The notes: generated from the letters alone by a model not told the origin. 64,000 nucleotides of DNA from Candidatus Sumerlaeaceae bacterium (GCA_051003195.1 JBPCLP010000047.1:64001-128000), one strand, 5' to 3'. Numbered from the stretch's first letter, positions 36,412 to 46,849 are shown. A program made the numbers and translations.

Positions 36412-39390
36412 ATGCAACTAGAAATCCCTCTCCTCTCTCACCTTCACCGCGGCCACCGGCCCAAACCTTGTGTTCACAAATGGATTTCGGGCGACCCAAC
36501 GAAACAATCTAACCTTCTACGGTGCGTCGGCATCGCGCTTATGCTTCTTTCCTGTGGCGGCGCATGGGCCGGTACCGATCTGGAAACCGGATTCGCAGAT
36601 CCACCACCCGACGCAAAACCATGGGCTTTCTGGTTCTGGATGGGGGAGTACATAACTACCCAGGGCATTACGCTGGACCTCGAAGACATGGCGCAGTCTG
36701 GTCTCGGTGGTCTCATCATGATGAACATCGACCAGGGTACCCGGCCGGATGCGGCGTGGGTTACCTTCATGCCCCGGGCCAAAAAAATGCGCATGGTCGA
36801 GTGCCTGAGTCCCGAGTGGTGGGATATGTGGAAGCACGCCGCGACCGAGGCGGATCGTCTCGGGCTAAAAATTTCCATGCACAACTGTACGGGCTGGGCG
36901 ACCGCCGGCGGACCCTGGATCACTCCCGAGCTATCGAAGCAGAAACTCGTTTGGACTGAGAAAGTTGTGGAGGGTCCTTCCGAATTCTCCGGGGTGCTCC
37001 AGCTCCCGCACGTAGATCGTCGCTGGAACTATTATAAGGATTCGATGGTGATCGCATTTCCACTGCAACCTTCCACCGAGCCACTTCGAGCTACCGACGT
37101 GAAGGATTTGGGAGCTGCGCTGCAGGCGAATGGACAATTTACATGGAGCGTGCCACCCGGCAAATGGCGGCTCGTGCGCTTCGGTCACACCACCACCGGA
37201 AAGAAAAATCACCCGACACCAGCGGGAGGCGAAGGCCTCGAAAGCGATACCTGGGACCGTACTGCGGTGAAGGCGCAATTCGAGGGCCTGAGTGCAAAAA
37301 TGGCAAAGGAGTGTAGCGCATTCATTGGCAAGTCTGTCCTGGGGATTGAGAGCGATAGCTACGAGGGAGACTTCTTTGGAATGAAGCAGGACTGGACTCC
37401 GCGCATGCGTGAGGAGTTCACGAAGCGCCGCGGTTACGATCCGTTGCCGTGGATGCCTGCGTACAAACTGGACCAGCTCACCGAAAGCGCCGATATGATG
37501 TCGCGCTTTGAGTACGACACCAGCCATACCGTTGCCGATCTCTTCCGCGATAATTGGTACGGATACTTTGGCGAGCTCGTCCGCAGCACGGGACTCAAGT
37601 TCATTGCGGAAGCGTACTATGGTCCTTTCGACAGCGTGGACTGCGCTTCGCTCGCCGATTTTCCAACAGCCGAGTTCTGGCAGGACGGCAAGTACATCCC
37701 CGCCGCGCGTATCATGGCATCCGCCGCGCACATCACCGGCCGGACAATAGTCGGGGCGGAATCGTTCACTGCTTTTCTTAGCAAGTATCAGAACGATCCG
37801 TGGGCACTCAAGCTTGTCGGCGACCGCGCCCTCTGCAATGGCGTCAATCGCATGATTCTGCACAACTACGTACATCAGCCCTGGGGCAAAGAGGTGAAAC
37901 CTGGCATGACCATGGACTATTGGGGCACGGAGTTCGGTCGCAACGTTAGTTGGTGGGAGCCCGGACGCGCCTGGCTCCGGTATCTGGCACGGTGCCAGTT
38001 TCTCCTCCAGCAGGGGAGTATGGTGGCCGATTACTGCCAGGTCGGCGGCAACATCGCTGACAAGCAATACAGTGGCTACGATGCCGATGTGGTGAGCGAG
38101 AAGATCATCGTGGACCTGATGCAGCCGAAGGACGGACGCATCTCATTGCCCAGCGGGCGCAGTTACACACTTCTGGTGCTTCCAAAAACAGACAAAATGC
38201 TGCCCGATGTAATGCGAAAACTCGCCACGCTGGTTCGCGGTGGGGCCGCGGTGCAGGTCGCTAAAAAGCCAACTGGCAGTCCAAGCCTCGAGAACTACCC
38301 ATCGTGCGACGCAACGGTGCGCGCACTTGCCGAGGAGCTGTGGGGAACCGAAGCAGGAAATGGTAAGAAGATGGTCTCGCGGAAGGTAGGAACTGGCCAT
38401 GTCTTTATCGGCGGAAAACCCGAGGACGCACTTGCGCAACTGGGTGTTCAGAAGGACTGCGATGCACAGTTGTCGAATGTGCTGTGGACGCACCGTACAA
38501 CCCCTGAAGCGGACATCTACTTTGTCTCCAATCAGTCGGACGAGCGACGCACTGCTGGCCTTCGCTTCCGGATTTCTGGAAAGCAGCCCGAAATGTGGAA
38601 TCCAGTCACCGGCGAGATGCGCGTCCTCCCTGCCTCGGCAGCGTCCGGGCAGCTCACATCGTTGTCGCTCTCCTTCGAGCCGCGGCAGAGTGTCTTTGTC
38701 CTGTTTCGGCGGCCTCTAAATGATTCGCACGGCGGCCGCAGCATTGGCGAAGCACAGCCCACCGAAGAGCTCACCGGCCCATGGCAGGTTGCCTTCGATC
38801 CAAAATGGAAAGGTCCCGCGCAACCGGTCTCCTTCAGCGTGCTGGACGACTGGACCTCGCGTCCCGAGAATGGAATAAAGTACTACGGCGGGACCGCTGT
38901 GTACACGAAGCAATTTGATCGCCCTCAAGGCACTCCCCAAAATGCCAGTGTATTCCTGGATCTGGGAACCGTAAAAAACATGGCCAGAGTTGCGCTGAAT
39001 GGGCAGGATCTGGGAGTCGTCTGGGGTGCTCCATGGCGCGTCGAAATCACAAAAGCACTGAAGCCGCTTGGCAACCAACTGGAGGTTGCGGTAACCAACA
39101 CCTGGACCAATCGTTTGATCGGCGACGACCAGGAGCCCGACGATTGCGGATGGACACCGCCTCGCTACCGCCGGAAAAAGATCACGGCCGACAAGCCGAA
39201 CGAAAACCACTTCCTCGGTCGCGCGCTCTTCGAGCTGCCCGAGTGGTTCGAGAATAACAAGCCACGCCCGTCCAAAGGCCGAGCGACGTTCGCCACGTGG
39301 ATGTTCTATACGAAAGATTCGCGGCTGCAACCTTCAGGCTTGCTGGGACCCGTTACGCTGCAGTCGGTCGAGGAGTTTCAAGCGCCGTAG
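36412..39390 (+). CDS. Secreted glycoside hydrolase family 106 (alpha-L-rhamnosidase-like)
   Basis: FADPP..AKPWAFWFWM, GWATAGGPWI, DSYE, ASAAHITG..VGAESFT, YLARCQFLLQQG and SGLLGPV motifs. Start uncertain between 36412 and 36541. Confidence 0.88.
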   Translation: MQLEIPLLSHLHRGHRPKPCVHKWISGDPTKQSNLLRCVGIALMLLSCGGAWAGTDLETGFADPPPDAKPWAFWFWMGEYITTQGITLDLEDMAQSGLGGLIMMNIDQGTRPDAAWVTFMPRAKKMRMVECLSPEWWDMWKHAATEADRLGLKISMHNCTGWATAGGPWITPELSKQKLVWTEKVVEGPSEFSGVLQLPHVDRRWNYYKDSMVIAFPLQPSTEPLRATDVKDLGAALQANGQFTWSVPPGKWRLVRFGHTTTGKKNHPTPAGGEGLESDTWDRTAVKAQFEGLSAKMAKECSAFIGKSVLGIESDSYEGDFFGMKQDWTPRMREEFTKRRGYDPLPWMPAYKLDQLTESADMMSRFEYDTSHTVADLFRDNWYGYFGELVRSTGLKFIAEAYYGPFDSVDCASLADFPTAEFWQDGKYIPAARIMASAAHITGRTIVGAESFTAFLSKYQNDPWALKLVGDRALCNGVNRMILHNYVHQPWGKEVKPGMTMDYWGTEFGRNVSWWEPGRAWLRYLARCQFLLQQGSMVADYCQVGGNIADKQYSGYDADVVSEKIIVDLMQPKDGRISLPSGRSYTLLVLPKTDKMLPDVMRKLATLVRGGAAVQVAKKPTGSPSLENYPSCDATVRALAEELWGTEAGNGKKMVSRKVGTGHVFIGGKPEDALAQLGVQKDCDAQLSNVLWTHRTTPEADIYFVSNQSDERRTAGLRFRISGKQPEMWNPVTGEMRVLPASAASGQLTSLSLSFEPRQSVFVLFRRPLNDSHGGRSIGEAQPTEELTGPWQVAFDPKWKGPAQPVSFSVLDDWTSRPENGIKYYGGTAVYTKQFDRPQGTPQNASVFLDLGTVKNMARVALNGQDLGVVWGAPWRVEITKALKPLGNQLEVAVTNTWTNRLIGDDQEPDDCGWTPPRYRRKKITADKPNENHFLGRALFELPEWFENNKPRPSKGRATFATWMFYTKDSRLQPSGLLGPVTLQSVEEFQAP

Positions 39391-40381
39391 TTCGAACGGG
39401 CACCACGGAAAAGATTGTGAGCAACACGAACGGAACCGGCCAAAGAAAATACTGCCGGTATAACACGGGGTTGAAGTACAGGAACAGCACGAACTGCAGG
39501 CACAACGCCGGGTAAAAGGTAATTCTTCGCGTCCAGAAAAGCGCGTAGGTAGCTGCAAGCATCACAAATAAGGGAAGCCGGGTGATTGCTCCCGTGAAGC
39601 CCATTGAATCCAGCAGGGCTGCCGCCGACAAATGCTGGTTCGGCTGACGCGTCACGGAAAACATCACGGACTTGACCAGAGCCGGCGCGTCCGCGACAAG
39701 AAATGGAAGACTTACCGCCACAGGCACCACCGCGAGAAACGCCACGCACTTCAACATCTCTTTTACGCGTCTGTCGCGTGGTGCTGCAATCCACGCCTCG
39801 ATCAACAGAATCGGAACCGCAAATACCGCCATCTGCTTAATCGCCAGCGACATGCCGTAGAAAATCCAGGCGGTCTTCGCGTATCGGCGCCGCAGCGTCA
39901 GTCCCAGCATGAACAGCAGCAATGGCAGATGATCGAGATGCGACACCCGTTCCACGAACAGAGACCATCGGTTGAACAGCCAGATCGTACACGCCAGCAT
40001 ACAGGCACCAAGCGATCTCGTGAGCCCAAATATTTCGATAAACAGAAGCGCCGCAATTCCGACATGGCACATGAACAACACCTTGCGCCAGTAGCGCAAC
40101 CAGCGCGAAAATTTGGTTAGTCCCGCATGCTGCGCTGCGGCCGAAAGCAGGTACGCCCCGGGAAGGTACGTCGCATACTTGGCATTGGTCAGCATGTCCG
40201 AATCATGGATCCTGGAATACGGATTCTTGCCTTCGAGAATGCTTCGCCCTTCACTGTAGGCATAGAAGATGTCCTCTGCCTCGCACTTGTAAAACGTTGC
40301 GACTTTGTAACACCACAAGAGCACAATGAGGCACGCCACCGCCCAGGCGCCGACCACGAGAATTGGAAGAAAACGTCGCAT
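39353..40381 (-). CDS. GT-C (GT87/PIG-M-like) membrane glycosyltransferase
   Basis: EDIFY..G..ILEGKNPY..YLP loop after TM1, LAIKQ and ..RQYFLW motifs, many TMs. Overlaps the GH106 3' end by 38 bp. Confidence 0.7.
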   Translation of the reverse strand: MRRFLPILVVGAWAVACLIVLLWCYKVATFYKCEAEDIFYAYSEGRSILEGKNPYSRIHDSDMLTNAKYATYLPGAYLLSAAAQHAGLTKFSRWLRYWRKVLFMCHVGIAALLFIEIFGLTRSLGACMLACTIWLFNRWSLFVERVSHLDHLPLLLFMLGLTLRRRYAKTAWIFYGMSLAIKQMAVFAVPILLIEAWIAAPRDRRVKEMLKCVAFLAVVPVAVSLPFLVADAPALVKSVMFSVTRQPNQHLSAAALLDSMGFTGAITRLPLFVMLAATYALFWTRRITFYPALCLQFVLFLYFNPVLYRQYFLWPVPFVLLTIFSVVPVRTTALETPRPTAA

Positions 40382-40402
40382 GCTGGCGAGGGGAATTGCT
40401 GG

Positions 40403-42952
40403 TCAGTAGAAGCTCGTCAATGTTTCAAGTACTTCTGCCGTTGTACCTTGTTGCACGCGAGCGGGCGGCAAACTCCGCAGGAAAGTCTTTCCGTAAGGCT
40501 TCGTCACAACGCGATGGTCGAGAATCACAACAATGCCCCGGTCCGTCTTCGACCGGATCAGCCGCCCAAACCCCTGCTTAAATTTGATCACGGCCATCGG
40601 CACCGTCATCTCATAAAACGAGCTGCCACCGCGGCGGTCGATGTGCTCTGCGCGCGCTTCCAGGATGGGCGTCGTCGGAACGCTGAATGGCAGTTTTGTC
40701 AGGATCAGGCACTCCAGTGCACGGCCCTGCACATCGACCCCTTCCCAGAACGACGACGTGGCAAAAAGCGCCGCGCGCGAACTGGACCGAAACGCTTCCA
40801 GTAACCGGTGCCGGGGCATCTCACCCTGTCGAAAGGTGGTAATTCCCATCGCCTGCAGTTGGGACTGGGTAAGTGCCAGCGCCTTTTGCAGCGAGCGGTA
40901 CGACGTGAACAACACGAAAGCTCGCCCCTGCGTAATTCGCAGCGTTTCTACGATCACGGGCGCGATGTGCTCCTCGAACTGCCGATCGTTCGGCGGTGGC
41001 AGATCCCGTGGGATACCGATAAGACAGTTGCGTTCGTAGTCGAACGGCGTTCCCACCTTCAGATAGTCCGTTCTTCCAGCTACATCCTCCAGGGTCGACT
41101 GCTGATCCGACGCCGATTCCTCAACCTCGGCCGCCCCCAATCCGAGCTGCCGCGACAGATAATCGAACTTGTTATCAACGGTGAGCGTTGCACTCGTGAG
41201 AATGACCGTCCGTTTTCGCGTAAACAGCGCCGAGCGCAATGCCGGCGCAATATCAAGCGGAGCCGTGCACGGGCGAACCACCGGCCGGTCACGCACATAT
41301 CCCACGTCAAACCAGCGGCAGTAATCTTCATCCCCCGCCTTCAGGAAGAATGTGATCGCATTGCAATGATCTGTCAGCTTCGCAGCCACACTACCTGCCG
41401 CCGTGCGATAATCCGCCAGTTCCAGCAGGAGTTCCTCTGGATAATGCCGCATCAGGTTCAACGCTTTATCCAGCGGGCTGAGCAGACGATTCATCTCGGT
41501 GCGAATTTCTTCCAGAAGCGTACCCGTCTCGCGCCAGTAAGGGCTTTCCGTAACCGTCCGGGTAATGCGCAGCTCCCGCCGTTCTGTACGGTTCAGGGAA
41601 TCCATATGGAAAAATTCCAGCGTACGATGAAACACGTCGGAGAAATGTTCTTCCAGCAGCGGCTCAAGTTCATGGCGCCGGGCTAGCACCTCAGAGTCGA
41701 GCAGCGTGAGAATCTGCGCAGTGACCGCGTACACGTTCCGGCTGTCGTGTTCGAATACAGCGCGCTGCAGGCGGGGGATTGCTCCCTTGTTCTCGCGCAG
41801 CGTTGCAAGCCGGTTGAGCTGCCGCCGGATCGCCAGCAGGCTTGTTTCCGAAGAAAAATACGACGTCGCAACTTCTTCCAGGTTATGCGCCTCGTCAAAT
41901 ACCAGGCGATCGTACGGCGGAAGTATCGCGGTATAATCGTTTCCGGTGTTCTCCTTTTTAAGCGCAATGTCCGCCATCACGAGGTGGTGGTTCGCCACAA
42001 TCACATCGGCGGAGGCAGCTTCACGACGGGATTTGTAAAAGAAGCAGTCGTTGAAATGCGGACATCGCGCACGCAGGCAATCGTCCTTGTCACTGGCGGC
42101 AGCTTCCCATGTCTCATCCGCCACATCAAAGGGCAGATCCGACCGCGACCCATCGTTCGTTGCACCGGACCACTCCAGCAGCTGCTTCAACTCCTTCGAG
42201 CGTTCATCCGGGAAGAGTTCCCCCTCCCGCGCCGCGAATTTAAGGCGCCGACGGCTGATGTAATTGTTGCGGCCCTTCACCAGCACTGCCCGGAAGTTCC
42301 AGTCGAGACGCGTGCGCAGCTCGGGAACGTCCTTATTGATCAGCTGCTCCTGCAGATTGATCGTGTTCGTCGAAATCACGACCCGTTTCTTGTTCGCCTG
42401 GGCCCATGCGATTGCCGGCGCAAGGTACGCAAACGACTTCCCGGTACCCGTGCCGGCCTCAGCTACCGCCAGGCGGTCGCGATTGAAAGCATTGGCAACA
42501 AGCTGCATCATTTGCAGTTGCTGCGGGCGATGTTCGTAGCCCGGCATGCGGCGCGCAAGGTCCCCGTCCGGGCCAAAGTGCCGGAGAAGGGAAGCTACAT
42601 CCAACTCGACGGCAGGCGCTTCGCGGAACGGTTTAACAACCACCCGCACCTGCTCGCACATGTTGTCGACGATATAAAAACCAACGCCGGACTTGCCATA
42701 AAGCGACGCGATGTTAATGTCGGCGTCAGAGGGATCCAGCGTGCCGGAAGGATGGTTGTGAATCAGCACCTGGCCGGGTCGCGCATTCTGTGCTGGCGCC
42801 GGCACCGCATCCCAGTTTCCAAACGCCAGCGGATCAAGTTCGATTACCTCACCAGCGTCGTCGCACGTACCGATCGCGAAAACTTCCTGGCCTCCGCATT
42901 CTGCAATCAGCTGCCGCAGCGATGCCGCGCAATTCTGCGCAATTGTTCCCAC
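40403..42952 (-). CDS. DinG/YoaA family helicase with N-terminal JAB (RadC-like) domain
   Basis: HNHPSG...SDAD JAB motif; R..Q Q-motif, EAGTGTGKS, DEAH, TSATL, FWEGVDV and QGFGRLIRS..DRG. Confidence 0.93.
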   Translation of the reverse strand: MGTIAQNCAASLRQLIAECGGQEVFAIGTCDDAGEVIELDPLAFGNWDAVPAPAQNARPGQVLIHNHPSGTLDPSDADINIASLYGKSGVGFYIVDNMCEQVRVVVKPFREAPAVELDVASLLRHFGPDGDLARRMPGYEHRPQQLQMMQLVANAFNRDRLAVAEAGTGTGKSFAYLAPAIAWAQANKKRVVISTNTINLQEQLINKDVPELRTRLDWNFRAVLVKGRNNYISRRRLKFAAREGELFPDERSKELKQLLEWSGATNDGSRSDLPFDVADETWEAAASDKDDCLRARCPHFNDCFFYKSRREAASADVIVANHHLVMADIALKKENTGNDYTAILPPYDRLVFDEAHNLEEVATSYFSSETSLLAIRRQLNRLATLRENKGAIPRLQRAVFEHDSRNVYAVTAQILTLLDSEVLARRHELEPLLEEHFSDVFHRTLEFFHMDSLNRTERRELRITRTVTESPYWRETGTLLEEIRTEMNRLLSPLDKALNLMRHYPEELLLELADYRTAAGSVAAKLTDHCNAITFFLKAGDEDYCRWFDVGYVRDRPVVRPCTAPLDIAPALRSALFTRKRTVILTSATLTVDNKFDYLSRQLGLGAAEVEESASDQQSTLEDVAGRTDYLKVGTPFDYERNCLIGIPRDLPPPNDRQFEEHIAPVIVETLRITQGRAFVLFTSYRSLQKALALTQSQLQAMGITTFRQGEMPRHRLLEAFRSSSRAALFATSSFWEGVDVQGRALECLILTKLPFSVPTTPILEARAEHIDRRGGSSFYEMTVPMAVIKFKQGFGRLIRSKTDRGIVVILDHRVVTKPYGKTFLRSLPPARVQQGTTAEVLETLTSFY

Positions 42953-43123
42953 TTTGGATGCAATAACTACCGGGATTGTCTCAACGGAAGACAGGCTGGT
43001 ACACCCACTTTCGAGGCATTAAAGACGTGAGATTCTCTGAGGCCCGAAAGTAACGATCGGTGCGCTCGGTTTTAGGGTTTTGCGCATGCATGGAACAAAT
43101 GTACTGCACCAGCCAGCCGAAAA

Positions 43124-43321
43124 TCACGTGAAATCAGCCAATCGGCACCAGCGCTGGATTAGCCGCGTCTTCCCCGTCGCTGCAAGATCCTGAGACGTCC
43201 CGATGCGATCTTGTTCTGTGTAAACTCGTCGCTCGGCGGGAGGTCGGGATAACCAGTTTTCCAGGTCATGCTGATAGTCGGACTCGCTAAGCTTCTTTTT
43301 TCGGATCACCCTGGCAATCAT
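43124..43321 (-). pseudogene. Deletion-fused remnant of a small antitoxin-like gene and a nucleotidyltransferase
   Basis: 5' part reads MIARVIRKKKL...DLENWLSRPPAER. It is joined to out-of-frame QNKIASGR and then QDLA, matching the recalled NKxASGRxQDLAD C-terminal motif. Confidence 0.55.
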
Positions 43322-43401
43322 ACAAGTTGAAATGGGGTCTGGAAGTCCTTTTGTTGCAACTCTACAGTGCAGATCTTTAACGTCGGAAGTCCAGCCTAAT
43401 T

Positions 43402-44715
43402 GTGAGAGTTCAGCGAAGCAACAGCAGCTCCAGGCACTTGTTTTCCATCACTAATCTGGCCGCATTCCTGGTTTGTACATCGATCCTACGGGCTGCCGAC
43501 CCTTACAGCATTCACGTAGAACCCGGAGTATCAGGCAAGCTGCCCGCCGTAGAGTTCTCCACCACAGGTTCTCTGGTTGACGTTCTGACAACTTTCAGCG
43601 TGCTTACTCTTGAGACAAGCGGTGTCCTGACCACGCGCCACGACCTGCAGACGAGCGCCGCGCAAATCCAGCTTCCTGAAGTGCAGGAGGACACGTACAT
43701 CGAGGTCGCTGTTGCAACCGGCTTCGAGTTCGCTGCCGAGCCTTTTATTTGGCGCACACTTGCCCGGCCTGAAGGCAAACCGCTTATTCTGTATGCGGGG
43801 CGCAAGGAGATGCTTCCACCGCCGGACTTCGATGAATACTGGTCTCGTGCAAAGAAGGAGCTCGCGGCTGTGCCCCTCAAGCCTGTCGTTACACCCGTGG
43901 CGGATAAAGATACCTCCACAGGGCTGCTGTTCAGGGTAGAGCTTCCTTCGGTGCAGGATACTACCATAGTCTGCTGGTATTACGTCCCGCGGGCGGCGTT
44001 TCCCAGTAGCGGACATCCTGGCACGAAAAAATATCCCGCTGTCATTATAGCTCCTGGCTACGGTGCAGAAGAGCCACCGATTGATCGTACGAGCGACGGC
44101 TACATAACCTGTTCGGTCAATCCTCGCAATCATGGCCCTTCTCGTGCATACTGGAAAGCGCCCATCGAGCATCTGATCTACAACATTCTCGATCCAGAAA
44201 ACTATTACTACAAGCTCGCTTTCATCGACTGCCTGCGCGCCGCACAGTTTGTATTTTCACGTGATGAAGTAGACGCCAGACGTGTTGCCACTGAAGGCGG
44301 CAGCCAGGGCGGACTTTTCGCTATTGCTACAGCTGCGCTCGAGCCCCGAATTGCGTGTGTGTGCGCAAACATACCAGCATTTTGCGACTACCCTGATTCC
44401 GTCATCCTGTCACTGAAAGAGCGTTCCATCATCCGGGACCTGCTCAACGAAGCGCCGACAACCTCCGCGCAGGTGAGTAAGACGCTCAGTTACGTCGATG
44501 GTGTCAGCATGATAACTCGATTGAAGGCCCCGGTGCAGATCAATATGGGGGACCAGGATCCAATCTGCCCTTATCTCACTGGCATCGTTTTGTATAATAG
44601 AGTCCCCAAAGGCGTTCCGCGCGAGTTCCATGTCGCGCCCGATTGCAAACATGCCGTGCCCTTAATCATGCGCCAATGGAACGCTGCATGGTACAAACAT
44701 TGGCTGAAGCAATAA
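43402..44715 (+). CDS. Secreted acetyl xylan esterase / cephalosporin-C deacetylase (CE7)
   Basis: PPDFDEYW..AK.EL, PGYG, RNHG, GGSQGG nucleophile elbow, DPICP and C-terminal His; signal peptide. Confidence 0.9.
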   Translation: MRVQRSNSSSRHLFSITNLAAFLVCTSILRAADPYSIHVEPGVSGKLPAVEFSTTGSLVDVLTTFSVLTLETSGVLTTRHDLQTSAAQIQLPEVQEDTYIEVAVATGFEFAAEPFIWRTLARPEGKPLILYAGRKEMLPPPDFDEYWSRAKKELAAVPLKPVVTPVADKDTSTGLLFRVELPSVQDTTIVCWYYVPRAAFPSSGHPGTKKYPAVIIAPGYGAEEPPIDRTSDGYITCSVNPRNHGPSRAYWKAPIEHLIYNILDPENYYYKLAFIDCLRAAQFVFSRDEVDARRVATEGGSQGGLFAIATAALEPRIACVCANIPAFCDYPDSVILSLKERSIIRDLLNEAPTTSAQVSKTLSYVDGVSMITRLKAPVQINMGDQDPICPYLTGIVLYNRVPKGVPREFHVAPDCKHAVPLIMRQWNAAWYKHWLKQ

Positions 44716-44806
44716 TGGTCCAAAAAGCTATGCCGGCAAAATCAGCCTTCGATACCAATGGCAATACCGCGCGATTGCTTTTGCCGGTCGGTCCCGAGAC
44801 CTGCGT

Positions 44807-46849
44807 TTGAAGATTCTCGTCACGGGTGCGACCGGGTTCATAGGCTCGCGCTTTTGTGAAATTGCGGCGCTGAACGGGCATGAAATTATAGCGCTCGTGC
44901 GGCCGGGACGCACATACTCCCGGCCGTGGGCGAGTGTCTATGGCACCTTACCTTACGACGTGCCAACCCGCGCCTGGGCTGGCGTGCATGCGTGTGTACA
45001 CTGCGCTGCCATCACCATGAGCTCTGCCCGTTCTGAAAGCGAAGCCGTGAACCTGGACGGTACGCGGTTTCTGCTGGAAGCTGCAAAACTCGCGGACGTC
45101 CAGCGCTTCATATTTCTTTCCTCCCAATCGGCTCACGAGCACGCGGTCAGCGCGTATGCGATCACGAAGCGCGAAGCCGAGCAGGTCATTCGGGCCGCGC
45201 CCGTCCCCTATGCCATCCTTCGCCCCGGACTTGTCTATGGTCCCGGAGAATTGGGGCTTTTCTGGCGCATGCGGCAATCCATCCGCAAACTCCCGGTTCT
45301 GCCGCTGCTGGGAGGCGGTAGTGCATTAGTGCAGCCGGTACACGTTGACGATCTGTGTGCGGCAATTCTGAAATGTCTGGGCCTGCCACCGCATTTAAAC
45401 GAAGAGTTAAACCTGGGCGATCCCGAAGGCCTGCCGCTGCGGGAATTTCTTCAGGAGATCGAGTTCGCGGAGCGCGGAAAGCGAAAGCTGGCCCTGCGAA
45501 TCCCGCTGGGTCCCGTCAAAGCTGTTGTCGCGGCGGGCGAAAAGCTGCGGCTTCCATTGCCCATCAGCTCCGACAATTTGCGGGGTATGGAAGTTGTCCA
45601 GCGAATGGATAGTGCCGCGTCCTTACAGCGACTCGGGCTAACCCTTCGTCCGATAAGAGCAGGGATGGCCGAAAGTCTGGGGAAATCGGGAACCTCAGTG
45701 CCTGCTCCCCGTGTTGAGATGCTGTCGTCGATTCCACCCCCTGTGCGGCTGCTGCTGATTGGCGCCGGCAAAATCGGTATTGTACACGCCCTCAACGCAC
45801 GTCAGCGCGAGGACGAGGAATTGGTTGGCATCGTCGATCCGAACCCAAAGGCGTTCTCGCTTTACAAAAGCATGGGTTTTCGGACAGCGTACTACACCGA
45901 TATTGAACAGGCCGTACGCGAACAGCAACCCCGCGCGGCGATCATCGCAACCCCGGCATCTACCCACCTTGAGCTCGCCCGCTGGTGCATGCAACGCGGC
46001 CTGCCGGCACTTGTCGAAAAGCCGCTCGCCATCTGCCCGGAAGATGTCCTTCAATTCCGCACCCTCGCCCGACAATATTCTGACGTGCCGTGCGCGGTGG
46101 GTTACATGGCTGCGCAATTTCCACACTTCGGACGCGCCCAGCAGATCATACAATCGGCCGTACTCGGTCGAGTGGTCAGCTTCCGCGTCCTTGCGCTGCA
46201 GTCACATATCATGGGCGCAAAACCAGTACGCTGGGAAATGATCGCAGCGAAATCCGGAGGCGGTGCACTCATCAACTTCGCGGGCCACGTGGTTTCCATG
46301 GTGTTCCGCCTTTTCGGTGTTCCGTCCCAGGTGGAATCCGCTCGTTGGGGAATTCATTCGACCGAAGTGGAAGATGCCGTGGTTGCGAAACTCAGGTACC
46401 CCGACTTCTCAGGCGAGCTACTCTCCAGTTGGTCAGCGCCCGGTTACCCGCGCCCGCAGAATCTTGTCGAAGTGAAGTGCGACCGCGGAACCATTTTAAT
46501 CGAAAACTTCGGAACAAGCATCCGTTCTGGCGGGCGCACCGAGCAATTCTGGTCTCAGCGAGAATTCGACGTGGGCTACAACGCCTCACCGGATTACACA
46601 GGTGCGGGCTTCGCTGCGGAGCACCAGAACTTCATCCGCGCAATTCGCGGTGAAGCCGCGCCCGATGAATTCTCTTCGCTTCCAGTCGGCATCGAAGAAG
46701 CGATCCAGCTCGAACAATGGATCTTTAATTTGTATCGCGCGACTCCGCTGCAATTGCCGGAAGCCGACCGGCTCCCCGCCCTGCTCGCCAATCGCGAAAT
46801 GCTGGAAAAAGCACAGCAGCTACGCGCGCTGGCCGGAAGTCACAACTGA
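44807..46849 (+). CDS. Fusion of NAD-dependent epimerase/dehydratase and Gfo/Idh/MocA oxidoreductase
   Basis: GATGFIG and YAITK in the first ~300 aa, then IGAGKIG, EKP and SGGGALINFAGH; one uninterrupted ORF. Confidence 0.88.
   Translation: MKILVTGATGFIGSRFCEIAALNGHEIIALVRPGRTYSRPWASVYGTLPYDVPTRAWAGVHACVHCAAITMSSARSESEAVNLDGTRFLLEAAKLADVQRFIFLSSQSAHEHAVSAYAITKREAEQVIRAAPVPYAILRPGLVYGPGELGLFWRMRQSIRKLPVLPLLGGGSALVQPVHVDDLCAAILKCLGLPPHLNEELNLGDPEGLPLREFLQEIEFAERGKRKLALRIPLGPVKAVVAAGEKLRLPLPISSDNLRGMEVVQRMDSAASLQRLGLTLRPIRAGMAESLGKSGTSVPAPRVEMLSSIPPPVRLLLIGAGKIGIVHALNARQREDEELVGIVDPNPKAFSLYKSMGFRTAYYTDIEQAVREQQPRAAIIATPASTHLELARWCMQRGLPALVEKPLAICPEDVLQFRTLARQYSDVPCAVGYMAAQFPHFGRAQQIIQSAVLGRVVSFRVLALQSHIMGAKPVRWEMIAAKSGGGALINFAGHVVSMVFRLFGVPSQVESARWGIHSTEVEDAVVAKLRYPDFSGELLSSWSAPGYPRPQNLVEVKCDRGTILIENFGTSIRSGGRTEQFWSQREFDVGYNASPDYTGAGFAAEHQNFIRAIRGEAAPDEFSSLPVGIEEAIQLEQWIFNLYRATPLQLPEADRLPALLANREMLEKAQQLRALAGSHN

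Noticed and set aside
41747..43030. 427-aa plus-strand ORF (likewise 28001-29005, 29115-30194, 36931-38067, 51384-52526, 57190-58272)
   Set aside because: All lie antisense to well-supported genes, as expected in GC-rich DNA.
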